A stretch of DNA of 64,000 nt from Alphaproteobacteria bacterium (GTDB lineage: Bacteria > Pseudomonadota > Alphaproteobacteria > RF32 > CAG-239). Below the pieces are notes generated by a model. That model was not told where the DNA came from, did no database searches, and was given only the letters and a program-made list of their open reading frames with translations. The DNA is taken from the NCBI GenBank assembly GCA_045537965.1, contig JAZSQL010000014.1, positions 4,256-68,255 of the forward strand, given 5' to 3'. Below are positions 27,560-36,322 of this stretch, piece after piece (the first letter of the stretch is position 1; each line of letters begins with the position of its first letter). The position numbers and the translations under genes were made by a program.

Positions 27560-28846
27560 TTGTCATTTATTGAATTAGATAATATAAGATTGACTAAAGC
27601 TGCTGTTGTTTTTCCAGATATTTTTGGGCAGAAGATTTCTTTGTCATCTGAAGCTAGGCTAGAAGAGGCAGTTGGTTTAGCTTTGGCTATTAATTTAGAC
27701 GTTAGCTATAAAGAAATTGTCAAGATAAGAAATGTTAAACCTGCAACATTAGTTGGGCAGGGTGTTATTGATAAACTTTTAGAAATAATCAAAAATTTGG
27801 AAATTGAGTTGATTATTTTTGATACTTCACTAACTCCAATTCAACAACGTAATTTGGAAAAAAAACTGCAAGTAAAAGTTATTGATAGGACAGCTCTTAT
27901 TTTAGAAATTTTTGGAGAAAGAGCTAATACTAAGGAAGGCAAGCTTCAAGTAGAGTTAGCTCATTTAACTTATCAAAGAAGTCGTTTAGTACGCAGTTGG
28001 ACACATTTAGAACGCCAAAGAGGAGGTGCTGGTTTTTTAGGAGGTCCTGGAGAAACACAGATTGAATTGGATAGGCGTATTATTGATGATAAAATTTTGC
28101 GTATAAAACAAAGTCTTGATAAAGTTAAGCTAACTAGACGTATTCAGAGATCTGCTCGTAAACGAGTTCCTTATTCTTCGGTTGCTTTTGTAGGATATAC
28201 AAACGCAGGTAAATCAACCTTATTTAATAAGTTATCAAATAGTGATGTGTTTGCTAAAGATTTGCTTTTTGCAACACTAGATCCTGCTATGAGAAAAATT
28301 AAGCTACCATCAGGAAAGGAAGTTATATTATCAGATACAGTTGGATTTATATCTGATTTGCCGCATGAACTTATCATGTCTTTTAGAGCAACATTGGAAG
28401 AAGTTTTATCTGCTGATTTGGTCGTTCATATAAGAGATATTGCTTCCGAGAGCTCAAAAGAACAAAGAAATGATGTATTAAATGTTCTTGAAAACTTGGG
28501 GTTTAACGATTTTGAAAATTCTCCAAATTATTTAGAAGTGTTTAATAAGATAGATTTACTTGATAATAGTAAGAAGAATGATTTGTTAAATACAACAAAA
28601 CCTGATATTGCAATTGTGTCGGCAACAACAGGAGAAGGATGTGATAAATTACTTCAGATAATTGATGATAAACTATCGAAAGAATTTGAAGTTATGGAAT
28701 TAGATGTTGATATTGCAGATGGCAAAAAAATGGCTTGGATTTATAATAATACAACTGTGATAGATAAAAAGCTTTTTGATGATTTTGTAAAATTTAAAAT
28801 AAAGCTAAATCAAGCAGATAAAGGAAGACTAGAAAATATGCAGTAA
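27560..28846 (+). CDS. hflX: GTPase HflX
   Basis: HflX N-domain (IFDTSLTPIQQRNLEKKL, ALILEIFGERA, LQVELAHLTY), G1 GYTNAGKST, G3 DTVGF, G4 NKID. TTG start. Confidence 0.9.
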   Translation: MSFIELDNIRLTKAAVVFPDIFGQKISLSSEARLEEAVGLALAINLDVSYKEIVKIRNVKPATLVGQGVIDKLLEIIKNLEIELIIFDTSLTPIQQRNLEKKLQVKVIDRTALILEIFGERANTKEGKLQVELAHLTYQRSRLVRSWTHLERQRGGAGFLGGPGETQIELDRRIIDDKILRIKQSLDKVKLTRRIQRSARKRVPYSSVAFVGYTNAGKSTLFNKLSNSDVFAKDLLFATLDPAMRKIKLPSGKEVILSDTVGFISDLPHELIMSFRATLEEVLSADLVVHIRDIASESSKEQRNDVLNVLENLGFNDFENSPNYLEVFNKIDLLDNSKKNDLLNTTKPDIAIVSATTGEGCDKLLQIIDDKLSKEFEVMELDVDIADGKKMAWIYNNTTVIDKKLFDDFVKFKIKLNQADKGRLENMQ

Positions 28847-28909
28847 TTTTATGAAAAAAGTTCTTGCTTTTATAAAATTATTGGAGTAGATATTATTCCG
28901 TTGTTAGAG

Positions 28910-28986
28910 CGGGACTTAGCTCAGCCTGGTAGAGCGCTTGCTTTGGGAGCAAGATGTCGGAGGTTCGAATCCTCTAGTCCCGACCA
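28910..28986 (+). tRNA. tRNA-Pro (anticodon UGG), CCA encoded
   Basis: Folded by hand. Acceptor CGGGACT / AGTCCCG, D-arm AGCT...GAGC, anticodon arm CTTGC-TTTGGGA-GCAAG, T-arm GGAGG-TTCGAAT-CCTCT, discriminator A, then CCA. Confidence 0.9.
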
Positions 28987-28991
28987 ATATC

Positions 28992-29022
28992 AAAAAGCGG
29001 AAGACAAGACTTCCGCTTTTTT
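28992..29022 (+). terminator. Terminator after tRNA-Pro
   Basis: GCGGAAG / CTTCCGC 7-bp stem, 6-nt loop, TTTTTT tail. Confidence 0.8.
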
Positions 29023-29042
29023 GATAATTTGCAGGGATTAAA

Positions 29043-29357
29043 ATGAGATTATTCCAACGTAAAAAAGAAGATTTTATTTGTGAAAACTGTCAAACAAAAG
29101 TTAATGGCAATGGTTATACTAATCATTGTCCTGAATGCTTATATTCTAAACATGTGGATATTAATCCTGGAGATAGAGCTGAGGAATGTGGAGGGTTGAT
29201 GGAACCTGTTGATTTAGAATTAAAAGATGGAAAATATATTATAGTTCATCGTTGTCAAAAATGTGGTTTTGTTAGACGTAATAAAGTATGTGATGATGAT
29301 AATTTTGAAAAAGTGTTAGAATTATCTAAACTTAAAGTAAATAAATTAAAAGGATAA
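29043..29357 (+). CDS. RNHCP-domain zinc-ribbon protein
   Basis: CENCQ...TNHCPECLYSKHVD...HRCQKCG, the Cys/His pattern of the RNHCP family. Confidence 0.65.
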   Translation: MRLFQRKKEDFICENCQTKVNGNGYTNHCPECLYSKHVDINPGDRAEECGGLMEPVDLELKDGKYIIVHRCQKCGFVRRNKVCDDDNFEKVLELSKLKVNKLKG

Positions 29358-29360
29358 GTA

Positions 29361-29390
29361 AAACCGCTAGCTTTGAATACTAGCGGTTTT
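29361..29390. terminator. Bidirectional terminator (RNHCP gene / hsp20)
   Basis: AAACCGCTAG / CTAGCGGTTT stem, 9-nt loop, T-run after and A-run before. Confidence 0.75.
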
Positions 29391-29397
29391 AATTTTA

Positions 29398-29910
29398 CTA
29401 TTGTTTGGTTACTTTTTGTTTTGTTGTTTTTTTAGGTGCTTTTTTAGTTTGCTTATTGATATTAATTTTTTGGCGTTTTCCATGTTCAATATTTGATTTG
29501 GGAAGAGTTACTGTTAAAATACCATTGTTATAATCTGCAAAAGCTTTATCATAGTCTAAATCCCATGGAAGAGGAATTGTACGACTTACTCTACCGTAAG
29601 ATATTTCTGAAAAATAGCCACCATTAGTTGATAATTCAGTATTTTCGTGCTTTTTCTCGCCACTGATAGTTAGATATCCGTTGGTTGATATTTCTAATTC
29701 GATATCATTTTCATTTACGCCAGGGATTTCCGCTGTCACTAAAACATTTTTTTTGTTTTCAGAAACCTCAATTTTAGGTTCCATACGGTGAAGGTCATTT
29801 TGACGAGGAATGTCTAGCAGGTTTAATAAAGTTGAGAAAAAATTGCGCTCTTGAGGACGAGCTACATTTGGTGTTGCTTGTTTGTTGGTAGTGCTTACTT
29901 GATTTTGCAT
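29398..29910 (-). CDS. Hsp20 / alpha-crystallin small heat-shock protein with Lys-rich tail
   Basis: Alpha-crystallin core (VLVTAEIPGVNENDIELEI...ISYGRVSRTIPLP...GILTVTLPK). C-terminal KQTKKAPKKTTKQKVTKQ. Confidence 0.85.
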   Translation of the reverse strand: MQNQVSTTNKQATPNVARPQERNFFSTLLNLLDIPRQNDLHRMEPKIEVSENKKNVLVTAEIPGVNENDIELEISTNGYLTISGEKKHENTELSTNGGYFSEISYGRVSRTIPLPWDLDYDKAFADYNNGILTVTLPKSNIEHGKRQKININKQTKKAPKKTTKQKVTKQ

Positions 29911-29984
29911 AATAAAACTCCTTGAAAATGTTTATCCAGTTTGCAGATAATCAGTATCAAGGAGTTTTCAAGCAGATAAAAGGT

Positions 29985-31016
29985 TTATTTAAGGTTAATG
30001 CCTTTTTGTTTGCAGCGATTGTTCCATTTTAGTTTAGCATAAACTTGCATATCTGTAATGGTATCAGTTTCATCAACTATTTCTTTGCCAAGGATTGTTT
30101 CGATAATGTCTTCTAATGTTATAATACCAATCCAATTACCTACTTGGTCTACAACTAAAGACATATGGTTGTGATCTTCTAACATTGCAGATAAAACGTC
30201 TTGAAGTCTAGCTTCTGGTGCAAATGAACGCATATCGCAAGAAAATTTTTCAACTTTATCGTTGTCATTTCCTTTGAAAGAGCTAGATTTGTGGATATAG
30301 CCTTTGAATATTTGTTTTTTCTCATCAATGATTGGGAAACGAGAAAAAGGTGAGGTGGTAATAAATTTATCAAAATCTTTAATTTTCATACCAGGTTTGA
30401 CAGTATGTACGACAGTACGAGGTGTCATAATATCTTTTACGTCAATCTGTTTTAAATTCATGGTATTGACAATTAAACGATATTCAACATCATCAACAAC
30501 TTGAGATGCTTGTCCTATTTTGGCAAGAGCTTTGATTTCTTCTTTAGTATTAGAACAGTCATTATTGCATGTAAACCAACGGGTAATTAAAGTAGACATC
30601 CAAATAAAAGGTTTCATTACAATTATCATAATTTGTAAAGTGGGTACCACAGATGAAACTAGTTGTTTCCAGTATTTAGCGCCAATTGATTTGGGTAATA
30701 TTTCCGATGTAGTTAAAATTAATATGGTCATTATTCCGCTGGCAATACCAACATAAGCTTGTCCATATAATGCAGCGACTTGAGCACCAACTCCTGTTGC
30801 ACCAACTGTATGAGCAATAGTATTGAGCGACAATATAGCTGCAAGTGGTTCGTCAATATTTTCCTTAAAATTGGATAACTTAGTAAATAACTTAGGATTT
30901 TTGTCTTCTAGCTGAGCAATATAGCTAGGAACAATAGAAAGAAGGGCTGCCTCTAGTATTGAACATAAAAAAGAAACAGCAATTGCCATAGTGGCAAAAA
31001 ACAATAAATTAAACAT
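29985..31016 (-). CDS. CNNM/DUF21 transmembrane protein with CBS pair (CorB/TlyC-like, no CorC_HlyC domain)
   Basis: DUF21 N-terminus MFNLLFFATMAIAVSFLCSILEAALLSI, then a CBS pair (IMTPRTVVHTV..., ...NWIGIITLEDIIETILG). ATG at 31016 has an AAGGAC RBS; the track start at 31058 has none. Confidence 0.75.
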   Translation of the reverse strand: MFNLLFFATMAIAVSFLCSILEAALLSIVPSYIAQLEDKNPKLFTKLSNFKENIDEPLAAILSLNTIAHTVGATGVGAQVAALYGQAYVGIASGIMTILILTTSEILPKSIGAKYWKQLVSSVVPTLQIMIIVMKPFIWMSTLITRWFTCNNDCSNTKEEIKALAKIGQASQVVDDVEYRLIVNTMNLKQIDVKDIMTPRTVVHTVKPGMKIKDFDKFITTSPFSRFPIIDEKKQIFKGYIHKSSSFKGNDNDKVEKFSCDMRSFAPEARLQDVLSAMLEDHNHMSLVVDQVGNWIGIITLEDIIETILGKEIVDETDTITDMQVYAKLKWNNRCKQKGINLK

Positions 31017-31175
31017 TTTGTCCTTATATTTTGTTAATATTAGATTTGTTGATAACATTATTTTTTGTAAAAATAAAGCATTATTGTCAAGTTTTAAGTT
31101 TTTTATTAATAGCCCTAGTTTTTGTAAAACTTTATATTATATGTTGCACAAACAAATTATATTGGGAGAAAGAAC

Positions 31176-32483
31176 GTGTTGGGCGAAGGTGAAGCAATTG
31201 TTTATAACATTAATAAAGATTATCGAATTGTAAGACTAAAAGGAAATAAATGTTCTTTGTTTTTTAAGAATAAACAAAACCAACTTTTAGCTTCGTTAGA
31301 AGGGTGTCAGGATATTTTTAGTAATATTTTAGTGGCAAATGATATTGAGTTATCAAGTTTGGAAAAGGGATATTTGTTGTCATTTATTAGGGCTAAAAAA
31401 TATTCAATTTCAAAAGAAGTTGCTGAGGTTTTAGAAGTATCCATTATAAAATATATGGATGGAAGAGAAGAATATTTATCTGAAAAACAATTAAAACGAC
31501 GAATTGCTAATGGTATTGATTTTGCTAGTGTTTATGTGGGAAAATTAAATTCTTATAGCATACATATTCCTAGCGATGCAAAGGATTGTTCTTATAATTT
31601 GTCAAAAGCAGGAGTTGCTAAAATTGTTGTTGGAGAAAATTGCAATATTAGTATTGATTTACGTGATAATCAGTCGATTGAAAATTTAGTTATTGGTGAA
31701 AAATTTTCAGGAAGCATTAATTTATCTCGTTCAACAATTGAAAGCATTTTTGTGGCAAATAATTGCCAATGTAATTTGCATATAACTGATTCTAAAAAAT
31801 GTTTTAATTTGCAAATAGCTGATATTTATAGTGGTAATTTAAATATTAGTAATAGTTGTATGTATGCCTTGAATATTGGTTATTATTCTTATGCTGATAT
31901 TGTACTAACGAATAATCTTATAAAAAAAGAAATAGCAATAGATGATTCTTTTAGAGGTAATTTATATGCGTCTAATCAAAGTGTTGAAACGATTAAGATA
32001 GGAAATGATTGTAAAGGAAAATTAAAAATTAATAATCATAGTACCTATATGGGAATCGGTAAAATAATTATAGCAGATGACTTTGCTGGAAATTTGAATT
32101 TGGCTGGTGATGATAGTGTTGTTTCTTTGGAAGTAGGAAGAAAAAATAATGGAAATATAGATGCTTCGTTTACAGGAAATTTACATAAATTAAAAATTGG
32201 AAAATATTATAGTGGAAATATTATATTGGATAATTCCTTGATTGAAAATATTGTTGTTGCGTATGGTGCAAGTGGAAATATTGATATTAAAAATTGTAAA
32301 AACTTGAAACTAATTGAAGCTACAATAGATAATAGTTTGGTGGTTGATGCTGATATTCCTCCTTGTGATATAAAAACAGCTAATGGAAGTATTTATTATA
32401 GCTATGGTCATGATTATGAAATGTTAAGTAATGTTCCATTATACAAAAAAATATATCGTAATATTTATAATCGTTTTATGTAG
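31176..32483 (+). CDS. Orphan repeat protein, predicted beta-solenoid (about 12 units of ~20 aa)
   Basis: From about residue 140 there are units such as LVIGEKFSGSINLSRSTIES, LQIADIYSGNLNISNSCMYA, IAIDDSFRGNLYASNQSVET, IIIADDFAGNLNLAGDDSVVS, LKIGKYYSGNIILDNSLIEN and IVVAYGASGNIDIKNCKNLKL. GTG start 7 nt after GGGAG. No signal peptide. Confidence 0.5.
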   Translation: MLGEGEAIVYNINKDYRIVRLKGNKCSLFFKNKQNQLLASLEGCQDIFSNILVANDIELSSLEKGYLLSFIRAKKYSISKEVAEVLEVSIIKYMDGREEYLSEKQLKRRIANGIDFASVYVGKLNSYSIHIPSDAKDCSYNLSKAGVAKIVVGENCNISIDLRDNQSIENLVIGEKFSGSINLSRSTIESIFVANNCQCNLHITDSKKCFNLQIADIYSGNLNISNSCMYALNIGYYSYADIVLTNNLIKKEIAIDDSFRGNLYASNQSVETIKIGNDCKGKLKINNHSTYMGIGKIIIADDFAGNLNLAGDDSVVSLEVGRKNNGNIDASFTGNLHKLKIGKYYSGNIILDNSLIENIVVAYGASGNIDIKNCKNLKLIEATIDNSLVVDADIPPCDIKTANGSIYYSYGHDYEMLSNVPLYKKIYRNIYNRFM

Positions 32484-32581
32484 ATAAAAATGTTACGTTT
32501 TTGTTACAAAAATGTTGTTTTTTTCGATAAACTATGCTATATTATAATTATAAAGTAAACCTTCAGTGTGTGGAGGATATT

Positions 32582-32947
32582 ATGATGAAGATTAGCAAAG
32601 AGAAGAGCTTGAGTTTCTTAAACGAAATGCAGAAGCCTATTTCTTCGAAAGAGCAGATATTTAATGCTTTGTTTGAAGTTTGTGGAATGGGGGAAAATGT
32701 CAATACCAAGCATATTTTCTTTCAGGAGGTAATAATAAAGTTTAATGCGTCTAAGGCTATGGCTGTTATTGCAAACAAGATGCCGTATGAAACAGAAAGC
32801 CACTATGTTGATATTGCTATATATGCTTATATAAATGCAGGATTTAAAATGAATGAGTTTGATAAAGATTTGAAAGAGTTTAAAAAGAAACTTGACTTTA
32901 TATGTACCCCGCTTACAGAAGAAATCCCGTCTTTTGTAAGTGCTTAA
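32582..32947 (+). CDS. Hypothetical protein (121 aa)
   Basis: ATG at 32582 is preceded by GGAGGA, with TATAAT at 32543-32548. A strong terminator follows. Confidence 0.4.
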   Translation: MMKISKEKSLSFLNEMQKPISSKEQIFNALFEVCGMGENVNTKHIFFQEVIIKFNASKAMAVIANKMPYETESHYVDIAIYAYINAGFKMNEFDKDLKEFKKKLDFICTPLTEEIPSFVSA

Positions 32948-32951
32948 CCAG

Positions 32952-32987
32952 AAGACCCGCTGTTTTCTCCTTTTCAGCGGGTCTTTT
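32952..32987. terminator. Bidirectional terminator
   Basis: AAGACCCGCTG / CAGCGGGTCTT 11-bp stem, 12-nt loop, TTTT tail. Confidence 0.75.
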
Positions 32988-32989
32988 AT

Positions 32990-33607
32990 TTATTGATTAT
33001 CAATAAAACGTTGAATTGCAGTAAATACTTTTTGATAATATTTGTTACCATGAGGGCAGAAGTCATTTATTGAAATGTTGCGCTCTTCTGTTTTATATCC
33101 ATTAGATAGACGTTTTATTCCTTTTATGGTGATAGTTTTGACATCTTCAAAAAATAAATCTAATAAATCTTGGATATCCGCTTCAAAAACACCATCAACT
33201 TCTTTAGGATATAATTTTAGATCAGATATTTTTCGTTGAGTTTTGTATAAATAGGTAGGACAAAATTCACGATTGTGATAAGGGATATCAAATACAAGTG
33301 TATGTGTGAACATTTTGTTTAAAACATCTTCTTTTAGCACTAGTCCAAGTTCCTTCTCAAGTTCTCGCAAACAGCCTTGTTTAGCAGTTTCGCCAACTTG
33401 AATATGACCAGTGCATGATACATCGAAGAAGTTAGGGTATAGTTGTTTTTCGCTTCCTCTTAATTGAAGCCATATGTTACCATCTTCAGATATAATCCAA
33501 CAATGTGCAGCCTTGTGCCACATACCTTCTTGATGGGCCTGATTTTTGGTAGCAACTCCAAGTAAATTCATTTCAGAATCATATATATCAATTAATTCTT
33601 CATCCAT
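32990..33607 (-). CDS. NUDIX hydrolase (Idi/YfcD-like)
   Basis: Nudix box GHIQVGETAKQGCLRELEKELGL. N-terminal EELIDIYD...G...HQEGMWHKAAHCWI pattern. Confidence 0.75.
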   Translation of the reverse strand: MDEELIDIYDSEMNLLGVATKNQAHQEGMWHKAAHCWIISEDGNIWLQLRGSEKQLYPNFFDVSCTGHIQVGETAKQGCLRELEKELGLVLKEDVLNKMFTHTLVFDIPYHNREFCPTYLYKTQRKISDLKLYPKEVDGVFEADIQDLLDLFFEDVKTITIKGIKRLSNGYKTEERNISINDFCPHGNKYYQKVFTAIQRFIDNQ

Positions 33608-35371
33608 TTATTTTTTTCCTAAAGCCTTAAAAATATATCCATCTACGGGGATGTTATTTTCTTTACGTAAAACTAAATGCTCTTTATAAATATCATAAAA
33701 TCCATTTTTCTGCAATAAATTTTCTATATAAATATGGTTGTGCTTAAAACGTCCAGTAGACTGAATTTGATATTTATCAATTTGATCTGTTGTTTCTATT
33801 GTAAAAATTATATTTTTGCTTGAACATAACGAAAATAGTTTTTCTAAATCGCCAATATAACAAAAAACATCTGAAGCTATAATCCAATCAAAATCTGAAC
33901 GTGTATTCAAAAAATCAATAACATCGGCTTTTATCAATTCTGAATATATGTTTTTTTCAGCTGCTTTTGCTAACATTTTAGCAGACAAATCAACACCTAT
34001 GAGATGATTCGAAGCATTTTTAATAGCCATACCAACAAACCCCGAACCACACCCCAAATCCACAATACGATTTTCCAAAGCTCCCGCAATTCTTCTGATA
34101 GCCAACGGAGCTGAATAATCCAAATTTTGCATAACCACCTCGTAATTATCAGCAAAATTGTCAAACAACTGTTCAGTAAAAATTTGATTATCGACAATGT
34201 TTTCTCCTTCAAGTGCAGAAACAGCATAGCTTGCAAACAAATTGTTGGGATGTGTTTTTTTCCAATTATGAGCTATTTTTAATGCTTTTTCTTTATCTTG
34301 ATTATTAATTAAAACTAGTGTTTCCCAAATGTTGATAGAGGCTGCAACAAGGTCTGGTTTTAAGGATAATGCATTAAAAAACAATCCTAATGCTTCGTCA
34401 TAATCTTCTAGTTGTTTTAGAACGCCTCCCAAGTTGTTGCTTATATCAGCAGATTTTGGGGAAATTATTGTAGCTTTGCGATATTCTTCTAGAGCTTCGA
34501 CTAATCGATTTTGGCGATGAAGCATTTCAGCATAGTTGCTATGAGTAGCAAAATTTTTATTATCTAATTCTATTAATCTTTTGTAATGATTTTCAGCCTC
34601 TATAAAATTGTTGTTACGACTTAAAATATCTGCAAGGCATAATCTGGCATCAAAATTATTAGCATTAATTGATATTGCATCTGTAAAGTAGAGTTTAGCT
34701 TGTTCTTCTTGATTTAGGGATAAAAAACAAAGTCCTTGTAGATATTTTATTGTGTCAGAGTTAGGAGCTAGCTCTGCTGATTTATTGGCAAAGAATAGAG
34801 CTGTAGAAAAGTCATTTTGGTTATATTTTAACCAAGCTAAATCATACCAAAGGAGTGGAAAATTGGGGTTTTCTTCAGATATAGTAAGCAAGTCTTTTTC
34901 AGCCTTGTTAATATCATCAATACGAAAGCTATTGGCTAAATTTATCTTAGCTATAATATAATTACTATCCATTTGAATAGCAAATTGCCAGTGTTGGCGA
35001 GCTTGTTTAATATCGTTTAGCTCTTCGTAAATGCAGGCTATTTCATTATGAGCTTCTTTAACTGATGGTGCTAGTTTTAAAACTTGAAAAAAATTGGTAA
35101 GAGCATCAGAAAATTGTTTGATTGCTTTGAGTGAAAAAGCCAGATTAAAAAAATACGAAGGATTATCTTTGCTTTCACGAATTGCTGCAGAAAAGTAAGA
35201 ACAGGCTTCTTCGTGTATACCTTTAGCTTGAGCAATAAGTCCTAAAAGGTTTAATATATCGGGATTGTTTGGGGCAGTTTCTGCAATTTGACGAGCTATA
35301 AGTTCTGCTTTATCAAAATCTTTATTGTCAAAGCAAGTAAGAGCCTCATGAAATAAGTCGTTGTATGACAT
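33608..35371 (-). CDS. TPR-repeat protein fused to a class I SAM-dependent methyltransferase
   Basis: About 10 TPR-like units in the first ~390 aa. C-terminal methyltransferase motif I VDLGCGSGFVGMAI and post-I DLSAKML. Its stop abuts the NUDIX ATG (TAAATG). Confidence 0.75.
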   Translation of the reverse strand: MSYNDLFHEALTCFDNKDFDKAELIARQIAETAPNNPDILNLLGLIAQAKGIHEEACSYFSAAIRESKDNPSYFFNLAFSLKAIKQFSDALTNFFQVLKLAPSVKEAHNEIACIYEELNDIKQARQHWQFAIQMDSNYIIAKINLANSFRIDDINKAEKDLLTISEENPNFPLLWYDLAWLKYNQNDFSTALFFANKSAELAPNSDTIKYLQGLCFLSLNQEEQAKLYFTDAISINANNFDARLCLADILSRNNNFIEAENHYKRLIELDNKNFATHSNYAEMLHRQNRLVEALEEYRKATIISPKSADISNNLGGVLKQLEDYDEALGLFFNALSLKPDLVAASINIWETLVLINNQDKEKALKIAHNWKKTHPNNLFASYAVSALEGENIVDNQIFTEQLFDNFADNYEVVMQNLDYSAPLAIRRIAGALENRIVDLGCGSGFVGMAIKNASNHLIGVDLSAKMLAKAAEKNIYSELIKADVIDFLNTRSDFDWIIASDVFCYIGDLEKLFSLCSSKNIIFTIETTDQIDKYQIQSTGRFKHNHIYIENLLQKNGFYDIYKEHLVLRKENNIPVDGYIFKALGKK

Positions 35372-35579
35372 TTTGTCTTTATATCCTCCGTTGCATATTT
35401 TATAGCAAATAAGATGTTAAAAATCTAGTAAAATTATAAAAAAAAGCTTGATTTTAGAATAATTTTATTATAAATTGGGCGCACTTCTGAGAATGAAGGC
35501 GGTTGTAACCGTCTCGTTTGGTGTGAAAGCACTAAAACTATCGGGACAATAATCTTAATTAATAAAAGGAAATTAGAAA

Positions 35580-36191
35580 ATGAAAAGTATTGTTTGCGCA
35601 AAAAAGAAAAAAGAACGCCAATATGGTGTGATTTGGGGTGCTCCAAATGCATCTGTTGCAAAGAGAGAATATGCTCCAGGTCAACATGGTCAAAGAAGAA
35701 AAAAACCTACTGATTATGGTGTTCAGTTGTCTGCTAAACAAAAATTGAAAACATATTATGGTAATGTTTCTGAAAAACAATTCCACAAATATTATGTAGA
35801 AGCTATTCGTCGTTCTGGTGACGCTGCTGAAAACTTGATTGGTATTTTGGAATCTCGTTTGGATAATATCGTTTACAAAGCTAAATTTGTACCAACTATT
35901 TTTGCTGCTCGTCAGTTTGTAAACCATGGACATGTTACTGTTAATGGTAAAAAGGTTAATATTCCTTCATATATGTTAAAAGCTGGTGATGTTATTGAGG
36001 TTAGAGCAAAATCTAAGCAATTGCCTATTGTTATAGCTGCTTTAGAATCTACATCTCGTGATGTTCCTGCTTATGTTGAGTTGGATGCAAAGAAAGCTGT
36101 TGCTAAGTTTGCTTTTGTTCCTAAGTTTGAAGATGTGCCTTATGCATCTGTTATGGAACCAAATCAGGTTATCGAGTTCTACTCAAGATAA
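35580..36191 (+). CDS. rpsD: 30S ribosomal protein S4
   Basis: [32 protein letters not shown] and the S4 domain [42 protein letters not shown]. Confidence 0.95.
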   Translation: MKSIVCAKKKKERQYGVIWGAPNASVAKREYAPGQHGQRRKKPTDYGVQLSAKQKLKTYYGNVSEKQFHKYYVEAIRRSGDAAENLIGILESRLDNIVYKAKFVPTIFAARQFVNHGHVTVNGKKVNIPSYMLKAGDVIEVRAKSKQLPIVIAALESTSRDVPAYVELDAKKAVAKFAFVPKFEDVPYASVMEPNQVIEFYSR

Positions 36192-36213
36192 TAACTTTAA
36201 TTGCTTTAGTGAT

Positions 36214-36254
36214 AAAATCCTCAGAAGTTGTGCAAACTCTGAGGATTTTGTTTT
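36214..36254 (+). terminator. Terminator after rpsD
   Basis: AATCCTCAGA / TCTGAGGATT 10-bp stem, 12-nt loop, TTTTGTTTT tail. Confidence 0.75.
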
Positions 36255-36322
36255 AAAAAAGATAAATATCAGATAATATTAGTTATCTTTTGCAATGTTA
36301 TATTGAATATGAGGATAGAAAT

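Noticed and set aside
28910-35579. Possible genomic island integrated at tRNA-Pro, because several orphan genes follow it.
   Set aside because: I saw no integrase, excisionase or transposase, and no direct repeat of the tRNA 3' end downstream by eye. The genes are separated by ordinary terminators and have the same AT-rich composition as the rest of the window. An exhaustive repeat search was not possible.
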